Source: a virus. From it: a stretch of 36,595 bases of DNA. The notes under the pieces were generated by a model that did no database searches, was not told the origin of the DNA, and saw only the letters and a list, made by a program, of their open reading frames with translations. Location: the IMG/VR virus record IMGVR_UViG_3300045988_098325, one strand, 5' to 3'. The position numbers were made by a program, and so were the translations under genes. Below, one piece after another: positions 26,538-34,747 of this stretch. Each line of letters opens with the position of its first letter. Positions within the stretch are counted from its first letter, which is position 1.

Positions 26538-26752
26538 CCGACACCACCACCGACCTCGACGTACTCATCAAACTGTTTGACACCAACCTGCGGATCCTCA
26601 AGGGAATCGACATCGACTCCGACAGGTACATGGCCGGGCGCATCGAGGAACTCGAATCAACCATCCGCACACTCGAATCACTGCGCAACATCGCATCCAT
26701 GTCAAACCGGATCGACGACGAGCTGGAGAGGCACCCATGCAAGGCGGAATGA
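26534..26752 (+). CDS. Hypothetical protein
   Basis: The ATG at 26534 lies inside ORF 26393..26752 and gives 72 aa. Confidence 0.5.
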   Translation: MTDTTTDLDVLIKLFDTNLRILKGIDIDSDRYMAGRIEELESTIRTLESLRNIASMSNRIDDELERHPCKAE

Positions 26753-27045
26753 TCGGACTGTGGACGCCACTGCCAGACACGCACCTCGACCAGGCTCGAG
26801 GACTGCACACGCACCAAACACATCAGGAGACACTCGTGAAACACACCATCATCCGCCACACGTGGACACTGTGCGGGATCCTCTCGCTCATGCTGTTCGG
26901 CATCGACATGGCCGTCCTATACGAGCACGGCGGCAGCATCAGCCCATGGCTCACGATCCTGCTCCTCATCGCAGGGCCGATCCTCCTCTGCGCCGGCACC
27001 ACCATGCTCGGCAAAGGGGAACGCGACACAGAGGAGACACTGTGA
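26737..27045 (+). CDS. Hypothetical membrane protein
   Basis: 102 aa with hydrophobic segments WTLCGILSLMLFGIDMAVL and WLTILLLIAGPILLCAG. Confidence 0.55.
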   Translation: MQGGMIGLWTPLPDTHLDQARGLHTHQTHQETLVKHTIIRHTWTLCGILSLMLFGIDMAVLYEHGGSISPWLTILLLIAGPILLCAGTTMLGKGERDTEETL

Positions 27046-27056
27046 GGGAGCCGATC

Positions 27057-27494
27057 ATGCTCACCATCGACGGCACCCCAATCGCCAAGGGCCGGCCCAG
27101 AGTCTACCGAGGACACGGGGTCACCCCCGAGCGGACCCGCCAGGCCGAACAGGCAATCCGCGACACGTTCAACAGGGAATACCCCGGTTTCCAACCATTC
27201 GAGGGGCGACTCGTCATGACATGCCGATTCTGGATGCCCCGCAACGGCCGCCCGGATTTGGACAATCTCGTCAAACTCGTCACCGACGCGCTCAACGGCC
27301 TCGCCTACAGGGACGACGAGCAAATCGACACAGTCGCCGCCTACCGGCACCTCCCAGACCGTAAGGTACGCGGATGCAACGGGCGCATGCGATGGCGACA
27401 CACAGGCGACCCACTCACCCACCACGGGGAGGAATACACGCCACACACCGCAATCCGCATAGAGGAAATCACCACAGAAAGGAACCCACAATGA
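27057..27494 (+). CDS. rusA: RusA-family Holliday junction resolvase
   Basis: Motifs KGRPRV and PDLDNLVKLVTDALNGLAYRDDEQI. The alternative GTG start at 27042 is possible. Confidence 0.8.
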   Translation: MLTIDGTPIAKGRPRVYRGHGVTPERTRQAEQAIRDTFNREYPGFQPFEGRLVMTCRFWMPRNGRPDLDNLVKLVTDALNGLAYRDDEQIDTVAAYRHLPDRKVRGCNGRMRWRHTGDPLTHHGEEYTPHTAIRIEEITTERNPQ

Positions 27495-27910
27495 GCACCA
27501 CAGCCACGACGACGAAACCGGACACGGGCGCCAACGCAATCCAACCAGCCACCGAAGACCATGCCAAAGCGAAACTCCTCGAAGCACAACTCGCACGCAT
27601 CGACACCATCAACGGCCAGATGAAAAAACTCAAAGAGGAAAAAGACGCATTGGAGGCAGAACTGCTCGACAGGTATCCAATCGGCCGACAGACTGCGGGC
27701 GGGTACACACTCACCATCACGGCAGGACGCCGCAGCCTCGACCCCAGAAAATTCGAGGCCGCCTACCCGGTCTCCGACAATCCGACATACTACGAGCTCA
27801 AACCCAAAAGCATGAGCACCATCGCCAAACACGTCGGCGAGGACGCGCTCGCAAACTGCATCAAAACCACAAAACCGACCGTGAAAGTGTCCGTCAATGA
27901 GCAGCAATGA
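27491..27910 (+). CDS. Hypothetical coiled-coil protein of the recombination module
   Basis: 139 aa, with its ATG overlapping the rusA stop. The N-terminal coiled coil is KAKLLEAQLARIDTINGQMKKLKEEKDALEAELL. Confidence 0.6.
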   Translation: MSTTATTTKPDTGANAIQPATEDHAKAKLLEAQLARIDTINGQMKKLKEEKDALEAELLDRYPIGRQTAGGYTLTITAGRRSLDPRKFEAAYPVSDNPTYYELKPKSMSTIAKHVGEDALANCIKTTKPTVKVSVNEQQ

Positions 27911-28070
27911 GAAACCGTCGGAACTGCAGATCCTACGCGACGCGCTCATGGACACGTTAATGGCCTACGACCTCGATGCCGACGAGGGCCTGTACATGCT
28001 GCCCGTCGAGCAATTCGACGAGATCGTCGCCCATCTCGCACAGGCAATCATCACAAGGAGCCAGTCATGA
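27897..28070 (+). CDS. Hypothetical small protein (57 aa)
   Basis: Found by manual reading; it is below the 60-aa cutoff of the ORF track. It overlaps both neighbours. Confidence 0.45.
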   Translation: MSSNEKPSELQILRDALMDTLMAYDLDADEGLYMLPVEQFDEIVAHLAQAIITRSQS

Positions 28071-28246
28071 CGTACAGCGGATACACGCCAGGCCGCCCAG
28101 GACACCTCGACATGAGCGAGCCGCACGAATACTGCGCCGTCTGCGGCACCGGACTCTCCAACCAGGACGTCCACGACGGACGCGACACCTGCCAATGGTG
28201 CCGCCTCGACCCACCAAAGGAGCAGGACGATGAGCAATCCCAATGA
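28067..28246 (+). CDS. Hypothetical small zinc-ribbon protein (59 aa)
   Basis: Found by manual reading. The motif is CAVCG...CQWC, with an ATGA overlap upstream. Confidence 0.45.
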   Translation: MTYSGYTPGRPGHLDMSEPHEYCAVCGTGLSNQDVHDGRDTCQWCRLDPPKEQDDEQSQ

Positions 28247-29213
28247 CGTACTCGCCGTGCTCAACGCGCAACAGGCAGCGCACACGCCACACATTCCCGA
28301 CACCATGCCAATGGCTGGCGAATGGATGCCGACAACCCCAGCGCCCAGCGTATGGCCGACGATCCGCGAACACATCGTGGACATGGTCACCCACCAGCCG
28401 CGCAGCCTACAGCGCGAAATCGGCCCAAGCGAACTCGGCACACAATGTTTGCACTGCCTCGCCAGAAAACTCACCGGGCACACGACAGAGGAGATTCGCG
28501 ACGTCGCATGGCTGCCATTCATCGGCACCAGCGTCCACGCGCAATTCGAACACATGTTCGGCGCATTGGACGGGTATGAGACCGAGAAAACCGTGCTCGT
28601 CGGCAACCTCACCGACGCGCGCCCCATCACCGGCAGCATCGACCTGTGGGACGAAAAAAACGCGGCGACCTGCGATTGGAAAATCGTCGGAAACAGCACC
28701 CTGGCCGATGTGCGCCGCCACGGCCCCAGCCAACAATACAAAATCCAGGCGTCGCTCTACGGCATCGGCATGAGCCACACCACACCCGTACAAACATCCT
28801 GCATCTACTACCTGCCACGCAACCAGCCCAGCCTGGACGCCGGATGGATCTACGAAACCCCATTCGACCCACGCCCCGGCCAATGGGCACTCGCCAGGGC
28901 ACGCCTCATCCTCACCCTATACGACAGCATCCGCGTCGAATACGGGGACAGCATCGCGGAACAGTGGGTGAACGCGTTCCCCCGCAACACCGAACACTGC
29001 TTCCACTGCCGGGACGAAGCGCAACGCAGAAACCACGCCGACCTCGCCAGCCTGATCGGCACCAAAACCGTGGACGCGGCGGACACGCGGACATTGGCCG
29101 ACAACCTGCCAGCCATGCCACGCGCACTCCTCAACGTCCCACAGGCCGACTACCGGCCACAACCAACCAATAAACCAACCACTGACACAAACCCGAAAGG
29201 ACAACAGTCATGA
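28230..29213 (+). CDS. PD-(D/E)XK nuclease, Cas4/RecB-like exonuclease
   Basis: Motifs IDLWD...CDWK (D...D-x-K) and QQYKIQASLY (QxxxY), with Cys pairs CLHC and CFHC. Confidence 0.75.
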   Translation: MSNPNDVLAVLNAQQAAHTPHIPDTMPMAGEWMPTTPAPSVWPTIREHIVDMVTHQPRSLQREIGPSELGTQCLHCLARKLTGHTTEEIRDVAWLPFIGTSVHAQFEHMFGALDGYETEKTVLVGNLTDARPITGSIDLWDEKNAATCDWKIVGNSTLADVRRHGPSQQYKIQASLYGIGMSHTTPVQTSCIYYLPRNQPSLDAGWIYETPFDPRPGQWALARARLILTLYDSIRVEYGDSIAEQWVNAFPRNTEHCFHCRDEAQRRNHADLASLIGTKTVDAADTRTLADNLPAMPRALLNVPQADYRPQPTNKPTTDTNPKGQQS

Positions 29214-29947
29214 CATGGAACAACCAGTACACACCACAATTCCAGCAGCCACAATACGGGCAGCAGCCACAGCAAGGCTACGCGCCACAGGAGGAGCCAA
29301 CCGCTCCGGCACCCAGCTTCGGCCAGCTCCTCAAAAGCGGAGGCGGCAAAGCCGCGTTCAACAAGGACAGCATGCCCGGCACCACCGTGACCGGCACCGT
29401 CGTGGACATCAAAACCCGGCAGAAAAAAGAGTACGGGACCGGCAAACCCATGTTCTCACAAAAGGGCAATCCGAAATACGAGGCGCTCATCACCGTGCAA
29501 ACCAGCCTGCAGGAGGCGCCCGACGATGACGGACGCCGCACCATCTACATCAACATGTGGGGCGTGCAGCAGGACGCCATCCGCAAAGCCTGCGAAGCAG
29601 CCAAATGCGAAGGCCCCGTGGAGGGTGACACGTTCACCGCGACCTACGTGGGCTTGGGGCAGGCGCAGCCCGGCATGAGCGCGCCGAAACTCTACGAGTA
29701 CCGCATCGACCACAAGCCGCCCGTGTCGTTCACACAGTCCGAAAACGCTCCGCAGCCCACGCCCCGGCAGTCTGCCGGACAGCCGGCACCGCATGTGGAC
29801 GCCATGCAGGTCACCGGCCTGCGCAACATGGGCAAGAGCGATCAGGAGATCTCGCAACTGCTCGGCGTCCCGTCGGACGCGGTCACCCGCATCGCCGGGC
29901 AGGCACGAGTGCAGGGCAGCGAGATGAACGGCGAACCCGAATTCTAG
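29210..29947 (+). CDS. Putative ssDNA-binding-like protein (Q/P-rich N-terminus, OB-like core, HTH-like segment, C-terminal ...NGEPEF)
   Basis: 245 aa. The C-terminal acidic-aromatic tip recalls SSB/gp2.5 tails. The functional call is tentative. The last ~33 nt belong to repeat copy C. Confidence 0.4.
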   Translation: MTWNNQYTPQFQQPQYGQQPQQGYAPQEEPTAPAPSFGQLLKSGGGKAAFNKDSMPGTTVTGTVVDIKTRQKKEYGTGKPMFSQKGNPKYEALITVQTSLQEAPDDDGRRTIYINMWGVQQDAIRKACEAAKCEGPVEGDTFTATYVGLGQAQPGMSAPKLYEYRIDHKPPVSFTQSENAPQPTPRQSAGQPAPHVDAMQVTGLRNMGKSDQEISQLLGVPSDAVTRIAGQARVQGSEMNGEPEF

Positions 29948-30188
29948 GTCTTACGTCAATCACGTACGACCATGTAAGACCTGTGTGGGGTGCGTAAGAC
30001 CTTACACAGAGTCTTACATGGTCTTACGTTCGGGCACATGCTCTAAACCATTGGAAACATTGGGCTGACAGGCCAAGGCTTACAAACTTACGTTCCATTA
30101 TACATATATATGTTTATATATATATATTAGGGATATATATATAGGGGGCGTAAATGTAAGCCTGCCTGTCAGCCAGAAAAGGCAGGAA
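29915..30188 (+). repeat. Copy C, a full-length copy of the multi-copy element
   Basis: 274 bp, with 3 mismatches to copy D. It starts inside the 3' end of 29210..29947 and ends 3 nt before the ATG at 30192. Confidence 0.95.
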
Positions 30189-30191
30189 ACG

Positions 30192-32537
30192 ATGAACTTC
30201 TCCAACTACCACCCCATACCAGTGCAGGGGGTGCCCGCCGCATACGAAGGGATATTCAACCAGCTTGAGCTCACCTTCCAACCGGCGAACGACTCCACAG
30301 TCGTGAACACGCTCCTTGGCCGCCCACTCGCACTGGTCACTGCCCGCCACAGCAAGAACGGGCCGGAGGCACCCGTCATCGCCATCGGATACCAGAAAGC
30401 CATCTGGGAGCTGCGCGAGGGGCATCTGCGCTGGTGCCAGCCGGAACAGCGCCTCTACCGCAGGGACGAGGACGCTGAGGACCATCCGGGGGACCGGTAC
30501 CTGCTCAACAGCTGGCATCCGGTGAAAAGCATCGACGACGAGTACGGCGTCGAATCAAAGAACCAGCAGTCACCCGCATACGTTGCGACGATCCTGCGTG
30601 AGGCGAAACGACTCGAATGGTTCGCGCAGGTCGAACGTGGCATCCGCATCGACCCGTGCGTGTGGGTGCGTCGCGACGGGCACGTCGTCAAGCTCGTCGG
30701 CGAGGAAACGGAGGATCTCGCCGTCACTCAGACGTTCGACCCTGCCGGCATGGGCCGTGAGGCCATCCGTGACGCGGAACGCATCTGCCGGTGGCTGACC
30801 GTGGACGAGAAATCCTACCGGAATCTCGTGCGCATGTTCGCCACTCCCTGGCTGGAACCGTTCAAACAGCTCACCTACGTGCTGTCCGGGCATGGCGGCG
30901 ACGGCAAGTCGCTGGTCATGTCGCAGTGTGTGCTCGGCGTGCTGGGGGTCGGCAAGGTGTTTCCCGCGTTCAACGCGCAGAATTTCTGCGAGACCGGCTC
31001 GTACACCATCAACCGGGAGAGCATGCTGGATGCGATGGACGGCATGGCGTTCGCCTATGACGACGAGGCGGGTGACGTGACGGAGCACATGCTCCCCTCG
31101 TTGCGCGCCATATCCACCGGCACTCAGATGCAGGCGCGTGTCATCGGCGGCAAGTATCGGACGGTCACGCCTTCCGCGACGGTCGTCCTGTGCACGAATC
31201 AGGGGTTCGCCGACAGTACGGAGTCCTCCGACCGGCGCAGGTTCGTGAAGGTCGAGTTCCATGCGAGCACCGGCCGAAGCTATGACGAGTATCACGCGAT
31301 CGAACTGTTCGTGCACAACCATCCTGCTGCATTGTTCGCGCTCTCGTGCGAACTGTGGGAGCAGGGTGATGTGCCGGATCTGGTGAATCTGTCGCCTGCC
31401 CGTCAGATCAGTGACGAGATGTATTGGCTGATCCATGAGATCTGTGTGAACGATGAGCAGTACGGTCAGCCGGTTGCGTCGCGTACCGCGTACCGTGATG
31501 AGTTCCATCGTGCGGTCAGTGATGATGCCATGCAGTTGATGGGGTTGAAGAACTCCACGAGCTGTGTACTTCGTGGCGGTCAGCAGCGTGTGGTGCGTGT
31601 CGCTGATTGGGATCGGTTCGACAAGTATCGGAACGCGGTTATGGAGGCGGACGCTGAGGGCGTGGTGGAGGTGCCATCCCCGCCTTCCCCGATCGACGGG
31701 CCTATTGTCCTGCCGTCCGAGGTTGGGTTCGCCGCGGAGTATGTGCGTGCCGACCAGCGCAAGGTCGCCCGTGATTGGAAGCAGTTGGCTCAGTCGCCGA
31801 ATGTGGATACGAGCCGGCGTCCGACGGATAGTGCCGCGTATGCGGTCGTACCGCATGAAGGGTTTGTGGTCGTGGACATGGACGTGCCGCATGACGGCGG
31901 GGACACGGGGTGGACGGTGTGGAACCGGCAGGTCGGCCTGTATGGGACGCCCGCGTTCCCCACCACGTATCTGGTGGGCACGCCGTCGGGTGGCGTGCAC
32001 GCGTATTACCGTGTGCCGGCGGCAGTCGCCGGACAGCTCAAGAACGCCGCGCACCCGAAGGGCATGCCGGTCGACCTGCGTGTGGACGGCAAGGGCTACG
32101 TGATCGGCGCCGGCTCCCATGTGACCGCCGGCGACTACCGGCTGCTCGACATGCCTGCCGGTGACGTGGTGCCTGAACTGTCGGAGCGCATGTGCCGGTG
32201 GCTGATCGATACACCCGGCTATGTGGAGTCGCATACGCCGATGCTCCCCACCGTGTCCGATGACGGTGCGCCGCGCACGTCCATTGCCAGTCTGATCGCC
32301 ACCACTCCGGGAGCGGGGGATTCGAGCAGGCCGCCGGTGGATATGAGTCCGATACCGGAGGGTTCACGCAACACCGACCTGCACGCATGGGCATACGGGC
32401 GAGCAGCGAACCACCCAGACAATTGGCCGTCCATCAGACTCGACCTGTTCGAACGCGGACGGATCAGCGGCCTGCCCGAATCGGAGTGCGCGACGATCTG
32501 GAACAGCATCATGCGTGAGCTTGGAGGTGCACGATGA
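30192..32537 (+). CDS. Replication protein: D5/P4-type P-loop helicase domain followed by a Prim-Pol (archaeo-eukaryotic primase) domain and PriCT-1
   Basis: Walker A is SGHGGDGKS and Walker B-like is AFAYDDEAGD. Prim-Pol motifs are VVVDMDV, PSGGVHAYY and DLRVDGKGYVIGAGS. PriCT-like is SRNTDLHAWAYG... Confidence 0.8.
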   Translation: MNFSNYHPIPVQGVPAAYEGIFNQLELTFQPANDSTVVNTLLGRPLALVTARHSKNGPEAPVIAIGYQKAIWELREGHLRWCQPEQRLYRRDEDAEDHPGDRYLLNSWHPVKSIDDEYGVESKNQQSPAYVATILREAKRLEWFAQVERGIRIDPCVWVRRDGHVVKLVGEETEDLAVTQTFDPAGMGREAIRDAERICRWLTVDEKSYRNLVRMFATPWLEPFKQLTYVLSGHGGDGKSLVMSQCVLGVLGVGKVFPAFNAQNFCETGSYTINRESMLDAMDGMAFAYDDEAGDVTEHMLPSLRAISTGTQMQARVIGGKYRTVTPSATVVLCTNQGFADSTESSDRRRFVKVEFHASTGRSYDEYHAIELFVHNHPAALFALSCELWEQGDVPDLVNLSPARQISDEMYWLIHEICVNDEQYGQPVASRTAYRDEFHRAVSDDAMQLMGLKNSTSCVLRGGQQRVVRVADWDRFDKYRNAVMEADAEGVVEVPSPPSPIDGPIVLPSEVGFAAEYVRADQRKVARDWKQLAQSPNVDTSRRPTDSAAYAVVPHEGFVVVDMDVPHDGGDTGWTVWNRQVGLYGTPAFPTTYLVGTPSGGVHAYYRVPAAVAGQLKNAAHPKGMPVDLRVDGKGYVIGAGSHVTAGDYRLLDMPAGDVVPELSERMCRWLIDTPGYVESHTPMLPTVSDDGAPRTSIASLIATTPGAGDSSRPPVDMSPIPEGSRNTDLHAWAYGRAANHPDNWPSIRLDLFERGRISGLPESECATIWNSIMRELGGAR

Positions 32538-32965
32538 AGCGTGAACGCAAGCCAGCGTGGCTCAGGCTCATGGCACCGGCAGGCAACCAGTACGGCTATC
32601 ATGCGCGTCGCTGCAATTGTGGCCGGTGGCTGTTCCAAACGCGAGACCAATGCCAATGGGAGGACTGGGACGCGGGCCTGCTCGTCGGAGATGACGTGGT
32701 GACGGCGATCCTATGCCATCGCATGCTGTGCCGTGTGACCGTGTCGGACGGGCCGCCGCTCCTCTCCACCGTGTGGGCGGGGATCGGCATCGACGCTGAC
32801 GGCCGATACCTGGCACGCCACGACTGCATGCTGCCGACCATCGGACACACGCCATACAGGCCATCACGCAAACCAAGAAAAAACAGTGGGACGGGTTTCC
32901 TCCCCGCATGCACGCCATGCGGGGACGACCCGTGGGCCGCACACCAACGAAAGGAGAAAAAATGA
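32534..32965 (+). CDS. Hypothetical Cys-rich protein
   Basis: 143 aa with an ATGA overlap to the primase gene. Confidence 0.55.
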   Translation: MKRERKPAWLRLMAPAGNQYGYHARRCNCGRWLFQTRDQCQWEDWDAGLLVGDDVVTAILCHRMLCRVTVSDGPPLLSTVWAGIGIDADGRYLARHDCMLPTIGHTPYRPSRKPRKNSGTGFLPACTPCGDDPWAAHQRKEKK

Positions 32966-33330
32966 CCGACAACGTGAACCACCCATCGCATTACGCCGAC
33001 AACGGGCCGTTCGAATGCATCGAACTGACCCAACGCTACGACTTCTGCCTAGGCAACGCGATAAAATACGTGTGGCGGCACAACGACAAGGGCAAGCCCG
33101 TCGAGGATTTGAGCAAGGCACTCTGGTATGTGCAACGGGAGATCGACCGCATGGGCGAACCAGGCATCTACATGCCGGACGACGATGGACTGTCCGCCAG
33201 ACTGTCCGTCATCGACTTCGCCCACATGGCCGACTTCTGGCACGCACTCGACGTGGGAGACCTCGACCTGATGAAACAGGCAATCCAGTCACGGATCGAC
33301 ACACTCACCAAACAGGAGGACGCGGCATGA
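32962..33330 (+). CDS. DUF3310-family protein
   Basis: NHPSHY...GNAIKYVWRHNDKGKPVEDLSKALWYV, with its ATG after AAAGGAGAAAAA. Confidence 0.75.
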   Translation: MTDNVNHPSHYADNGPFECIELTQRYDFCLGNAIKYVWRHNDKGKPVEDLSKALWYVQREIDRMGEPGIYMPDDDGLSARLSVIDFAHMADFWHALDVGDLDLMKQAIQSRIDTLTKQEDAA

Positions 33331-33608
33331 GACGCACCATAACCTGCCTGCATTGCGGGCAGACACGAGCACACAGGGCATTCGGCCTATGCTCCATCTG
33401 CTACATGCGTGACCTGCGCAAACGCCAGGGGAGCGTCAAACATGAATGCGCGAACTGCCATCGCATGATGCACCTGTGGGCGGCAGGCATATGCCGCACA
33501 TGCTACCAGCACCGCAAAGACACCGACTACACACCACCCCAGCTCGACATCAACTTGGACGACTACCGCGACTACATCAACCAATGCCGGAAAGGACACA
33601 GCAAATGA
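33327..33608 (+). CDS. Hypothetical protein with a duplicated zinc-finger motif
   Basis: CLHCG...GLCSICY and CANCH...GICRTCY. Confidence 0.55.
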   Translation: MRRTITCLHCGQTRAHRAFGLCSICYMRDLRKRQGSVKHECANCHRMMHLWAAGICRTCYQHRKDTDYTPPQLDINLDDYRDYINQCRKGHSK

Positions 33609-34168
33609 GCAGCACATTATTCCAGACCTGCGGCGCATTCAACGACATCGACATCATCCGCCGCTCATACATGATCGAACCGTTCAATCCCGGACAGGTG
33701 CAGCCGGTCAGCTACGACGTGCTGCTGGGTGACTCATACAAGCGGCTACGGTCAACGAAACCACGCAACATCACGCGACCATCGGAAAGCGAATGGGAAT
33801 CCTACGAGCACGTGCAGGAGATACGCATACGCGCGCATGAGTTCCTGCTCGCCAGCACGCTGGAAACCGTGCATATCCACACGCGGGTCGTCGCACGGTT
33901 GGAAGGGAAAAGCACGATAGCCCGGCAAGGACTCATCGTGCATGCCGCCGGGCTCATCGACCCAGGATTCCACGGGCAAATCACGCTCGAACTGCACAAC
34001 GAAACCAACACCGAACTGGTACTGCCAGTGGGCACGCGAATCGGACAGCTCACCTTCCAGTGGGTGGCGAAACCCGCACGCCTATACGGAGACAAGGCAC
34101 TCAACTCGCATTACCAGTGCCAGAGCGGGGCGACCGCACCACAAGGAGGCACCCATGTGGAATCCTGA
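33605..34168 (+). CDS. dcd: dCTP deaminase / dUTPase-superfamily enzyme
   Basis: LEGKSTIARQGLIVHAAGLIDPGFHGQITLELHN. Confidence 0.8.
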   Translation: MSSTLFQTCGAFNDIDIIRRSYMIEPFNPGQVQPVSYDVLLGDSYKRLRSTKPRNITRPSESEWESYEHVQEIRIRAHEFLLASTLETVHIHTRVVARLEGKSTIARQGLIVHAAGLIDPGFHGQITLELHNETNTELVLPVGTRIGQLTFQWVAKPARLYGDKALNSHYQCQSGATAPQGGTHVES

Positions 34169-34478
34169 CATGTGGCAGGCCATACAAGACTACCGCAACA
34201 ACATTGGGCAGAAGCCACGCAAGCCGAAACGCCACCACAAACGCGACGACATCGACCACACACGGATCGGCAAACGCTTCGGCAGGCTCACCATCATCAA
34301 ATACGTGTACTCCAACAAGCAGGGACGCGTCTACGAATGCGCATGCGACTGCGGCGCATACAAGGACGTCCCGTACACCTACATCAAAAACCACATCACC
34401 AGCTCATGCGGATGCCTACGCCGCGAACACGGCGTAAGACAATGCGAATACATGAACAAGAGAAGGGACGCACGATGA
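34155..34478 (+). CDS. Hypothetical Cys-rich protein
   Basis: FGRLTII...CACDCG...SCGC. Confidence 0.55.
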   Translation: MWNPDMWQAIQDYRNNIGQKPRKPKRHHKRDDIDHTRIGKRFGRLTIIKYVYSNKQGRVYECACDCGAYKDVPYTYIKNHITSSCGCLRREHGVRQCEYMNKRRDAR

Positions 34479-34651
34479 CACCGAACCAGACACCGTATAT
34501 CCATCATTTCGACATGCACGTGTGTGAGATCTGCGGCAGGCCCAACGCCGGGTCCGACCGTTGCCCGCACGCCATCGACCCGGCGCTCCAATGCCCACGC
34601 GACCCGAAACGCAGGCAGGCCCGCCAACGCATGCGCAACATCGGGAGATGA
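34475..34651 (+). CDS. Hypothetical small protein
   Basis: 58 aa with CEICG...C, overlapping the upstream stop. Confidence 0.45.
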   Translation: MTPNQTPYIHHFDMHVCEICGRPNAGSDRCPHAIDPALQCPRDPKRRQARQRMRNIGR

Positions 34652-34734
34652 CCTTGTTCCAATGGCTGATACTCACCGCAATCCTCGGCACCATGCTATT
34701 GATCTCATGGTTAACCGACGACCGCAAAATCTAG
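34648..34734 (+). CDS. Possible 28-aa single-TM peptide
   Basis: Found by manual reading: MTLFQWLILTAILGTMLLISWLTDDRKI, with an ATGA overlap. Confidence 0.3.
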   Translation: MTLFQWLILTAILGTMLLISWLTDDRKI

Positions 34735-34747
34735 AAAAGACACCACA

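Noticed and set aside
30090-30125. The TA-rich core (..CCATTATACATATATATGTTTATAT..) as a dif-like XerC/D site that could explain integrase-independent integration
   Set aside because: Only a loose resemblance to dif-type sequences (ATAA-N6-TTATGT) could be aligned by eye. Low-complexity TA-rich sequence produces such matches easily. Comparison with the actual host dif site would be needed.
29915-30188. The repeat as a MITE or IS-type mobile element
   Set aside because: It has no terminal inverted repeats at its ends, no target-site duplications and no transposase. The left boundaries differ between copies, at 33 versus 18 nt of the SSB-like gene fossil.
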